A DNA stretch of 64,000 nt from Selaginella moellendorffii (lineage: Eukaryota; Plantae; Lycopodiophyta). The stretch is taken from NCBI RefSeq assembly GCF_000143415.4, contig NW_003314262.1, positions 231,673-295,672 of the forward strand, in the 5' to 3' direction. Below the pieces are notes generated by a model. The model was not told the origin of the DNA, did no database searches, and saw only the letters and a list, made by a program, of their open reading frames with translations. Shown here piece after piece: positions 37,943-49,510 of the stretch (position 1 is its first letter; every line of letters begins with the position of its first letter). The translations under genes were made by a program, and so were the position numbers.

Positions 37943-40900
37943 CTAATCTTTATTACGATTCTCATACTCCGTGACAAGCTCACGAGCATGTGTAAGATTC
38001 CTAAGAGGTTCCCAAGTTGATTCACAAGTTGGGTAACCTTTCCACTTAACTAGATATTCCTTCACATGAGCTTGTCTCCAAAACCGGGAATCCAAGATAG
38101 TTTCCACTTCGTATTCTGGTTCACCGTCCACAACGTCTGGTGGTGGACGAATCTCCCCTTGACGTGCAACATCCATAGTGTAAGGAGCCAATAGATTGGC
38201 ATGAAATACATTATGAACATTGGACATCTCCGTAGGCAGATCCAACCAATAGGATACATCACCAACGCGTTTCAACACCCGATAGGGTCTAACATATCTC
38301 GGCAACAACTTTCGAGATAAAGAGCCCTTAATAGTTAAGTTTCAGGAAGATAGCCACACCCGGTCTCCCACTTGATAGGATGCATCCCGACAATGCTGAT
38401 CCTTATCACGTCGATACCTATCCTAAACTTTGCCCATTGCCTCAGTAGCTCTAGACCAACCTTGGTGTAACTACTCTGCATAAGTCTTAACAGTCAAGAC
38501 CACCACTTCAAACATTGGTTTCTATACAACAATCTATTGAGGAACCCCACGAGCATTCCCTTGTAGCATCTCCCATGGAGAACAGCCTATAGCACTGTAA
38601 AATGTGTCATTATAACAGATTTTTGCTGTATCCAAATGCTCAACCCAGTCGCGTTGGTTCGCCGCGATATAGTACCGCAGATAATCCTCAACTTGAGCAT
38701 TCATGCGTTTGGTCTGCCCATCAGTCTGAGGATGATAAGTCGTATTAAACTTCAACTTGGTATCGAACAACTAGAACAGTGTGCCCCAAAACTTCCCCGT
38801 AAACCTCAAATCCCTATCCGAGATCATCTCTTCGGGAAGACCACGAACTCGTACTACTTCATGGAAAAAGAGCTTTGCTGCTTGTTTCGCATTTATTGTT
38901 CCCACAATTCGAATGAAGTGTGCAATCTTCGACAACCGATCCACAACCACCATCAAAGTATCATAACCCTTAGACTTTGGCAAGCAAGTGACGAAATCAA
39001 GTGTCACACTCTGAAATGGCCATGCCGGTGCTAGAATGCATTGCAACTTTCCAGCTTGCTTATCAGTTATGCGCTTACATTGCTGGCATATACAGCAGGA
39101 ATAGATATAATCTGCTACATCACCTTCCATACTAGACCAGAAAAATCCCTTTTTCAATAAAGCCAGATTCTTTTGCTTACCACCATGTCCCACTACCAGA
39201 ACATGATGTTCCCGTAGAAATAACTACTACAGATCCTTAGAGATAAGATACAATCTTTCTTGCTTATAAAATATAAGCCCATCCCAAACTGAGAAGTGAA
39301 GCTGTGCATTAGGGCGACTAGCAACTTTCGCTACTTCACTACCAGGGCTCTGCTTCAACAACCCCGCATGGCATAAGATTGCCTTCGCCAATGGATCACT
39401 TCCATATGAAGCCTGAACGTCCTCTAACCAGTTCGAACTGATTGCCGATATTGCCTGGAATTGAGCTTGACGACTCAATGCATCCGGAACAATATTGTCT
39501 TTACCAGGTTTATATATGATTTCAATATCATATCTAGCAAGCTTCTCTTGCCAACAAGCCTACTTTGGCATAAGCTTAGGCTGCGTAGCAAAGTAGCTTA
39601 GTGTGTTACTATCCATATAAACCTTGATATGTCCACCCAAGTAGTGTCTCCAATGTTCCAGGGCTGACACTATAACAAACATCTCTTTCTCATCTTCGTT
39701 GGGTTTCATCTAATTTCTTGGAATAAAATGCAATGGGACAACCATGTCGCCTTAGTGTAACACCAACCGCTTTATCACAATCTTCCTACAACACGGCATC
39801 GATAGCATAGCCAGATGTATCACAATGCACTTCAAAGGGTTTATCAAGATCTGGGATCCTGAGAATAGGAACCATAGTCAAGATCTCCTTCAACCGTACA
39901 AAAGCACGCTGACATGCTGGTGTCCAGTGAAATGGAATATTGCTTTTCGTCAACTCAGTCAACGGAAGAGTAATTTTTGCAAAATTGCAGACAAACTTGC
40001 AATAGTATCCCACCAAACCGAGAAAGGAACGAACATCTTATACAGTGGTCGGGACTTCCCAAGACTTCACCACTTCCACCTTCTTTGGATCGACCTCAAT
40101 CACGCCACCACCAACTATATGACCAAGAAAGTTTACGCACAATTGACCAAAAGCGCATTTACTTTCCTTAGCATATAGTTTGTGTTCGCGCAACTTCTGA
40201 AACACTAACTCCAAGTGTTTCAAATGATCCTCTAATGTTTCACTGAAGATTAGAACATCGTCGATATATAGGACAACAAATGTGTCCAAATAATCTCCAA
40301 ATATTCTATCCATCATAGTGCTGAACGTTGCCAGAGCATTACATAACTTGAACGGCATGACAAGGAACTCATAAGATCCATACCGAGTCTTAAAGGCTGT
40401 CTTCTCCACATCCTGATCCGCCACCCGTATCTGATGATACCCGGACCGCAAATCAAGTCACGTAAAATACTTAGCCTTTAAGAGTTGGTCAAACAAGTCA
40501 TCAATGCGAGGCAAAGGATAACTGTTTTTAACCATGATCTTGTTGAGTGCCTGATAGTCAATACACATCCTCATAGTTCCATCATTTTTCATAACAAAAA
40601 GGACTGGCGCTCCATAAGGTGACTTGCTTGATCGAATATAACCTTTGTTAAGAAGCTCTGTGAGTTGCTTCTTGAGTTCAGCCATCTCCTTGATGTTCAA
40701 TCGACATGGAGCCTTTGTAGGTGGTTTAGAACCCAGAATAACCTCAATCCGATGATCAACCTCACGGCTAGGAGGTAGCTTTGGCAGTAAATCCTTTGGG
40801 AAGATATCCTGATTCCTCGCCAACAACTCCAGTATCTTCTTTGGTACAAGATCAACCCTGTTGCTGATTCGAACTGAGTCACCAACACCCTCAGCCTCCA

Positions 40901-41480
40901 TCACTTGAACCCAAAATGTCTGACATCCCTTCTTAGCTACTTCTTGAGCGGCTCTCGTAGTCAGGAACCTAGCATCCCAATCCTTTGAGGAGTGCTTTTG
41001 CAATTGGAAAGACACATTAGGACGTCTTTTTGACTTCAATGTGATACGATTTTGTCCAGCACCATAAATCCCTTTTATATATTTGTTGAAGAAGTCCATA
41101 CCAAACATCATCTGAAAATTTGGTATCTTCAACACTACCAAGTCCACTTTTTCTTTCCACTTGGATATTTTTATTAGAACATCACTCACAAACTTTCTGG
41201 CTACTTGCCCACCTTTTGCAAACCGGAAATGCATAGGCAACATTTGCTCAACATTCAATCCTAATAACTTAACTAAGTCTTTGGATATCACACTATGCAT
41301 AGCTCCCGTGTCAATCATCACTTGGATTTAGTGTCCACAGACAAAGCCTACCAGATATATCAATGGATCAGTGTTTGCATTAACTACAAGAAAAGCTTGA
41401 GGAAAGCAATGAAAGTTATTCACCTCCTCTTCCTCATAGTCCGCATTGACGAACTCGTCAACCCCTTCGGCTTCACAAGA
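37943..41480 (-). pseudogene. pol: pol of element C with several stops and frameshifts; no introns at the B2 positions
   Basis: [60 protein letters not shown], chromodomain EYEVETILD..YLVKWKGYP..STWEP. Confidence 0.9.
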
Positions 41481-41587
41481 GTCCCTACCTTGATACATGT
41501 TGGAAATAATGGTTTTACAAATGGTGAATTATGGGATGGATAGCGGTGAAGAGCTAAACCATTTTATTTAGGTTTACTATTGAAGAC

Positions 41588-42892
41588 TTAAGTTGCAATG
41601 CTCAATTCCTTTTTAGGAACCTTGCTATTGCTCCTTGAGTAGTTTGGTGTTAGACCTCCACCATTTTCCCCCATGACATTAATACAAGACCTTGTCTTAT
41701 GCTTGTTGAGACATTTTGAGGACCTATGTCCTGACTCTCCACAATGGAAGCAATGACCCACACTACCCATTCCGCTAGGAGCAGGTTTTGCAAGTTGCTA
41801 CTACTTGTACCCACCAGTAGAAGGAACAAAGGGCCTAGGACTAGAAGAAGCTGCTGGTGGTCTCCAACCACCACCACCTTTGTTAACCGTTGCTTGTGAG
41901 CCTCTAGAGTGGAACCTACCTTCCACCCTCTATTTCTGATCACCTTGTTTATTCCCAGAATTTTTATTCTTATACAAGTTACCAGCATACGGTTGCTGAT
42001 ATTGTTCCATAAGTGAGTGACTAAAGGCAACTTGCTGCGCTGCCTCCTTACACTCCAAGTACGTCTTCAGCTTAAACTTCAAAATCTCATTGCGAGAAAA
42101 TGAACTTAAACCCTCTAGAAAATAACTCCAAGCATCTTCGTCACCCATATTTGCAATCATAATGCACTTCTGAGCAAATGCATTAACGTAATGCATGAGA
42201 TCCCCTCGCTGCTTTAACCACCACAGCTCCACACAAAGTCTTAGACCAAGATCATCCGGCAAGTATTCGTTACGGATATGACACCGCATCTTGGTCCAAC
42301 TTCTAGTCTGCCCTTTTTCAGCACACACTTGGCACCACCAAGTTTTGGCATGATTGCTGAGAAAGGATTGCGTGCCCACAACTTTCGTATGATCATCTAC
42401 ATCTGCCGCTATGAAATAGTTTTCCATATCATAGACCCAGTCTTCCAAAACTTGATAGTCCCGCATGCCTTTGAAGTTGGGTGGTTTTGGAGGCTTGAAC
42501 TTTGAAAATCGTGCAACCGGGGGCAACTGCAGAACTCCATCGTCCTCAAAACTTGAAGAGGAGTCTGGTTGCTTAGGCTTAGCTGGTTTAGCTACCTTAG
42601 CTTTTTTCTTCCTCTTCTTCTTCTCCTTCTTCAATTTGTGAATCTCCCTTCGCAAATTCTCAATCTCGACTTCCTGAGCCATACGCTGCAACGCTGCAGC
42701 ATCTGGCTCTTCCTCTTCTGACTCGGCCTCAGCCTCTTCCGTAACATCTCTAGTAGGAGTTTCCTCTTCCCAATTCGCCCGTCTAGAGGTTTCAGTGTCA
42801 TCAGCACAATTCCTCTTCACCATCCCGCTAGCTGCATTCATGCTTCTATCAATAACTGAACATGCATACAACATTCTTACCGAATGGTGCAA
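41588..42892 (-). pseudogene. gag: gag of element C (frameshifted before the zinc knuckle)
   Basis: PPNFKG..LEDWVYDMENYF, AKTWW, LKQRGDLMHYVNAF, FLEGLS; CFHCGESGHRSSKC lies in another frame. Confidence 0.85.
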
Positions 42893-45369
42893 TCCAACTA
42901 ATCCTACACAAGTCGCTTTGGATCTACTAGAAAAGTGTGAGACGTAAAATCCCTAGGCCCCAAAGTGGAGTCGAAAGGGTGCCACGTGGTAGTGGCCGAA
43001 GCAAAAGCCAAACGAGCGTAACAAGTTTGGACTAAAAAGCTTCGACTTGAAAGGTCAAGAGCGGGAGTGGAACTCCCAACGGAGTGCTCAAGGAACGAGC
43101 ATGAAGCGGACAATAAGCAAGGCTCTGAAAAGTGACCCAAAAGGACCAACACATCACACGTGGAGGAGTCCGAGATGGACCAAGACGGAGTCCGAGATGG
43201 AGTCCGAGATAGACCGAGATGGAGTCCAAGACGGAGTCCGAGAATGGAGTCCGAGATGGACCCGAGATGGAATCCGAGATGGAGTCCGAGAAGGACCCAA
43301 GTTGGAGTCCGAGATGGAGTCCGAGATGGACCGAGACAAAGTCTGAGATGGAGTTTGAGATGGACCGAGACGGAGTCCGAGATGGAGTCCGAGATGGACC
43401 AAGATGGAGTCCGAGATGGACCCGAGATGGAGTTTGAGATGGACCGAGATAGAGTCCGAGATGGAGTCCGAGATGGACCCGAGATGGAATCTGAGATGAA
43501 GTCCGAGAAGGACCCGAGATGGAGTCCGAGGTCGAGACCGAGACTGGGATGGAGACTGAGACCGAGACCAAGACCGGGACCGAGACCGAGACCGAGACCG
43601 AGACCGGGACCGAGACCGAGACCGAGACTGGGACCGAGACCGAGCTCAAGCCCGAGTTCGAGTCCGAGTCCGAGTCCGAGTCTGAGTCCGATTCCGAGTC
43701 CAAGTCCGAGTCCGAGTCCGAGTCTGAGAGGGTGAAAGCCCAAAGCGTTCGTCTCCCAAACCCTGGGGGGTTTGGTGAGCTCCAAAAGTATAGTAAGGGG
43801 GAGGACTGCAGTGGAGCCAGTTTGGCCAGGAAAGGACAGTTTGGCCTAGGAAGGCCAGACCCAGTGTTGGGTGATGAACTGACCACTAGGAAGTCCAAGA
43901 CTAGAGTGAACACGGACCGACAAGCGGGGTAGCTTGGTGAAATGTTCAAGAGCCAGCTCTAGTTCCCCTGGGAGATTGACTGGCCGATGCTCCCAGTCCA
44001 AGTGCGGGTGGCACTACCTACTTGGATACCTGGTGTGGCTCAATGGAACCTCGCTCTAAGCCCATGGCTAGAGCACCTAAAGGTGGAAGGTGGGGAGAAT
44101 ACCCACGGGGCTCACATAGGGCCACGGTGTTCCGAAATGTTGTCCCAAAGTCCCAAATGGGTGTAAGGAGGAGGAGTAGTCCTCTAGTGTAGTGATTACG
44201 GATACGGTCACATGGTGAGGAAGTCCCAGAAGACAATGGGACTTAGTGGCCAGGGCAGTGTTGGTGAATATGGCCATGGACGAAAAAGGGACTTGGCAGG
44301 AACTGACAAAGGGATGTTGGGGAAGGCTATTCCCCATGTCTATAGGCATCCTAAGGATGCTAAGGAGTGGATCTGGGATAACCACATGTGGACGGACGGC
44401 CCAGTCTTTGAGAGACGAGACTGTGATACTGGTGGTGTTGGACCACCGGTGCTACCAAGGTGAATGGGCATGGCCTTAGCGTAATGGGCTAGTATGTCGG
44501 TGGTACCTTGGGGTGTCGGTCATGGGACCAGACACGTGGAGCACTTGGACCAAGTGCAAAGGTTGAGTAGCATGGATGCCATTCTCGGGGCCAACAAGCC
44601 CCAAGTCCTGAATGGGACTTATGGAGGTTGTGAATGAGACTCCTCTAAGTGGTCGGAGGTGCGGTTAAGTGACTAAAGTAGAATGGAAAAATTAGTCGCT
44701 TACAATTTGGTATCGGAGCTGTTCCTTAGTCCGACTTTTATTGGTGCTCAAGTATATCACCATTGATATTGGCATCGGAAGGTCCTAGGAGGGGGCCTAT
44801 CCTTGAAGAGTAGCATGTCGAGAGGACATAGCTCTCCACTCAAGTTCATGCGTGAACTTAGGCGTGATATGGTGGATAGAAAAGGGGCCAGTAAGGGAAC
44901 GACTTTGGTGTGAGACACAAAATCCCTAAGCCGCAAAGTGGAGTCGGAAGGGTGCCACGTGGTAGTGGCCGAAGCGAAAGCCAAACAAGCGTAGCACGTT
45001 TGGACTAAAAGCTCCGACTTGAGAGGTCAAGAGCGGGAGTGGAACTCCCAACAAAGTGCTCAAGGAGCGAGCACGAAGCAAACAATAAGCAAGGCTCCAA
45101 AAAGGGACCCAAAAAGGACCAACGCATGACACGTGGAAGTGTCCGAGATGGACCCAAAGTGGAGTCTGAGATGGACCCGAGATGGAGTCCGAGATGGACT
45201 CGAGATGGAGTCCGAGATGAAGTCCGAGGTGGACCCGAGGTGGAGTCCGAGATGGACCGAGACGGAGTCCGAGATGGAGTCCGAGATGGAGTCTGAGATG
45301 GACCGAGACGGAGTCCGAGATGGAGTCCGAGATGGAGTCTGAGATGGAGTCCAAGATGGAGTCCGAGAT

Positions 45370-45469
45370 NNNNNNNNNNNNNNNNNNNNNNNNNNNNNNN
45401 NNNNNNNNNNNNNNNNNNNNNNNNNNNNNNNNNNNNNNNNNNNNNNNNNNNNNNNNNNNNNNNNNNNNN
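45370..45469. other. Assembly gap inside the LTR tandem array
   Basis: 100 N. Confidence 1.
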
Positions 45470-48400
45470 GAGACCGAGACCGAGATCGGGACCGAGACTG
45501 AGACCGAGGCCGAGGCCGAGACCGAGCCCGAGCCCGAGTCCGAGTCCGAGTCTGAGTCCGAGTCCGAGTCCGAGTCCGAGTCCGAGTCCGAGTCCGAGTC
45601 CGAGTTCGAGTCTGAGAGGGTGAAAGCCCAAAGCGTTCGTCTCCCAGACCCTGGGGGGTTTGGTGAGCTCCAAAAGTATAGTAAGGGGGAGGACTGTAGT
45701 GGAGCCAGTTTGGCCAGGAAAGGCCAGTTTGGCCCAGGAAGGCCAGACCCAGTGTTGGGTGATGAACTGACCACTGGGAAGTCCAAGACTAGAGTGAATA
45801 CGGACCGACAAGCGGGGTAGCTTGGTGAAGTGTTCAAGAGCAGGCTCTAGTTCCCCCGGGAGATCGACTGGCCGATGATCCCAGTCCAAGTGTGGGTGGC
45901 ACTACCTACTTGGATACCAGGCGTGGCTCAACGGAACCTCGCTCTAAGCCCATGGCTAGAGCACCTAAAGGCGATAGGTGGGGAGAGTACCCAGGTGGCT
46001 CGCGTAAGGCCACGGTGTTCTGAAATGTCGTCCCAAAGACCCAGACTGTGGAAAGGAAGAGGAGCAGTCCTCTGGGGTAGTGACCAAGGACACAGTCGTG
46101 TGGTGAGGAAGTCCCAGAGGACCGTGGGACTTAGTGGTCGGGCCTGTGGGCCTCGATCCAGTGGCAGTGTTGTCAAACACGGCCAGGGGCAGAAAGGGAC
46201 TTGGTAGGAACTGACAAAGGGACTTTGGGGAAGGTGACTCCCCAGGTTTGTGGGCATCCTAAGGATGCTAAGGAGTGGATCTAGGATGACTCCTCGTGGA
46301 CAGATGGCCCAGTCTTGGAGAGACGGGATGGTGATGCAAGTGGTATTGGACCACTAGTGCAGCAAAGGTGAATGGGCATGGCCTTAGCGTAACGGGCCGA
46401 GATGTCAGTGGTACCTTTGGGTGTCGGTCATGGGATCGGACATGTGGAGCACTTGGACCAAGTGCAAAGGTTGAGTGGCATGGATGCCATTCTCGGGGCT
46501 AGCAAGCCCCAAGTCTTGAATGGGACTTATGGAGGTTGTGAATGAGACTCCTCCAAGTGGTCGGAGGTGTGGTTAAGTGACTAAAGTAGAATGGAAAAAT
46601 TAGTCGCTTACAACTTGGTATCAGAGCTGTTCCTTAGTCCGACTTTTATTGGTGCTCAAGTATATCACCATTGATGTTGGCATTGGAAGGTCCTAGGAGG
46701 GGGCCTGTCCTTGAGGAGTAGCATGTCGACAGGACATGGCTCTCCACTCGAGTTCATGCATGAACTTGGGCGCGATGTGGTGGATAGAAAAGGGGCCAGT
46801 AAGGGAACGACTTTGGGATCTGGGGAACAGTATAAGGTTTCCTCAAAGAGCTGCGGATGTGATCCAGATGAACGTTTGATGCAGCAAACGGGCTAACGTA
46901 GTTGTGGTAAACAACTATAATTGGGATCACGGGAAAGATGTAGACTCCAAAATAATAAAGGAGTCACAAGATTACCCTCATATAGTTGAGGCCGGTGCTC
47001 ATAACTTTGAGACCGGAATTGATGACCATGGGAGGTCAAATATAGGAGAGGACACAAGTCCTCGAAATGGTAGCTGAGGTTGCCCTTGATAAATGCTGGA
47101 ACAACCCAAAGAGTTGGGGATGTACTTAGAGGATGAGTTGGTATTCTCATCACATGGACAAGTGGTCCTAAGAGGCAAAAGGTTGCCCCAAGAGAACAAA
47201 TCAAGTGTCGGAGTAACACTTGCAAAGATGGTCCTTGTGAGTAGGACCTGAATACAAGAAGTTGTATTTAAGTGAGCTAGCACCTCAAAGGTAGGACCTC
47301 ATGGGTCGTCAGATGACAAAGTCCAAAAAGCTGGATGACTCCAATAGAGTCAAGGAATAATCCTAAAGGATTGATGGAAGCATTTGGACTGAGGTGTGTG
47401 GTACCCCACGAAGGATGGGGGGGATCATAGGATCCAAGGATGAGAACAGAGGGTATCTCATCGATGGCAAAATGTGCCATGCTAAAGTCGTGGGAAGGGT
47501 GTTCCCAAAAGAAAACAACTTTGAAACAAAGTTGTGTGTGACCTCTATAGTGCAGTGCTAACGGATGGTTGGCATGAGAAAGAGTGGTATTGGTCTTGGC
47601 AAAGACTTAGACACAAAGAAGAAGTGTCATAGAGGTAGGCTCGTGAAGCCGATAGTGTGGAGACACCAAATGTGCCAAGGTGTGATACCTTGAGGCTATG
47701 TTGGTGAGTTCATGAGAACCCCCTGCCAAAGGAATCCCAATGGAAATGGGAATGGCATAGCCTAAGTTGCAGAGCATGCAATTGGAGTGTGGTGACCCAG
47801 ATAATGATGGAGGTGTGGAAGCACCAGCAATGAGTTGTAGGACTTGACAACTATGAGGCAACTAAGCAAGAGGTGCAAAATAATTGGTTAAACGGGTAGA
47901 AAGTAACTACCCAAGCCTTCTTAATGGCATAAGGAAGTTGGATATACCCTTACGGGGGATAAGTTGCTTATGTTGCGATATAGTAAGTCAATGTCATGAA
48001 AGGAAATACTCATTGTCAAGGAAGCCATCATTGGGACACCCGAACACTCTAGAACACCAGGAGGTGGTGTTTGATGTCGCGAGGGCAATAGATAAGGCCC
48101 AAGGGACAAAGTCCCTAGCGAATGATGGATAGAAGGTGCTATCCAAATGCCCAAGGTGGCGGAGACAGGAGAAGACTGTCTACTCGAATTGGACAAAGCC
48201 AAAAATGGAATTTTGGCAAGGCTAGCAATGGGCATGTAAAGGCCCATAAGCAACAACGTAATCTCGGTGTGTGGGATTATAGGGTGAGCATACCTGGATT
48301 GAGGAACCACTCCCTAGGCTATCGGGTAGGTTCATCCCTAAGAATACTTGCTAAGGAATGATAGAAAGTGCAAAGCTATCCTCCTGGTCTGGAGGAGAAT

Positions 48401-49089
48401 GACCAAAGGAAATGTGTGAAGCCAAAAGCAAGAAGTAAAGGGGTAGAACCGAACCATAGGAATCGAAGGGCATAACCAAGGTTGGTTATGCCAGCTGGGA
48501 GTGGAGAATCAAGTGGGGGCTCGAGGGTGTTGCCACTAGCAACCGTGATGCCATGGAGAGTCTAAAATATGGAATTGTCCATGTTAGACTATATGGTAAT
48601 TGGAAAGCTTGCAAAAAGGGAGGCCTTAGCAAGCTAAGGGACAGAGTTCCTTCAAGGTTTCCAAAGACGATTTTAGGTAGCTTAGTACCTAGAAAGGCCA
48701 AGTGTAAATGGTTCATGAAACGCGTAAAATCAGAGTGGCGCAGCAGAAGCGTGGTCTTGAAGCTGGCCATGAGGCAATGCTATCAAGGTTAGGGAAGTAG
48801 TTCCCGAGTGTTCAAAGAGAGGGCTTTGAATGAAAGTCGATGATCAAGGGCTTTCACGCTTGTGCAGGAACCATGTTACAGTGGTCGGAGGGCTTGCCAA
48901 AGCGAGATTGGCAAGTCAGGGGAACAAATACCCTAGTTGAAGGTGATAACTTCAAAAGGGGTGGGCCATGAGGCCAAGCATGGAGGAGTCCATGCATGAT
49001 CACAGACTTGTCAAGTGTGAGGACTTGGCAGTGTGGAGGAACTAGGTTCCTAAGCTGTGATCTGTAGCGCGCTTTGAGTATAAGTTGGT

Positions 49090-49510
49090 GCACCGGCGTG
49101 GGGAGTCACGCCAGGCATCCTGGGTGATGCCGTCCGTAGATGCATATACGGAGGTTGGGTTCGAGTCCCGACCCTCTAGTGCTTGGGTTCGAGTCCCAAA
49201 TCACTAGGGTGTGGTGATGGTTTGGAATATGAGGACACTCATATTTCGGTGGTCATGGACTCTCAGTGAGGAGACTGGTTTGGGCACACCGCCAAGCGAG
49301 GGATGCCTCGGAGTCGTGATGCACGGTTAGATTGCTTAGAGTGAAAGCTCGGTATATCTAACTTGAACACTTTGGTGCAAAAGGCACCAAGGACATGGTG
49401 AATGAGATGGGGACACCCAGTCTCAGTTGCTATGGATCCTTGGCCGGAAGGGCTGGCTTGGGTGCACCGCCAAGCGTGGGGGATGCCCCCGGGGTCATAG
49501 TCAACAACTT
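49090..49510 (+). other. Conserved structured RNA module of families A and B (other copies at 18100-18520 -, 26583-26838 -, 30626-30882 -, 55857-56257 +)
   Basis: Series of hairpins with conserved stems, variable loops and compensatory changes between copies. Confidence 0.7.

Larger units (their letters stand above)
36065..42935 (-). mobile_element. Element C: decayed Ty3/gypsy chromovirus; 3' LTR starts at 37144 and is interrupted by B2; 5' LTR missing
   Basis: PPT AAGGGGGGGAGAG at 37145-37157 next to TG at 37144; gag and pol remnants. Confidence 0.85.

Noticed and set aside
49095-49175. tRNA gene
   Set aside because: A T-arm is present, but there is no acceptor stem, canonical D-loop or 7-nt anticodon loop; reported as a structured element instead.
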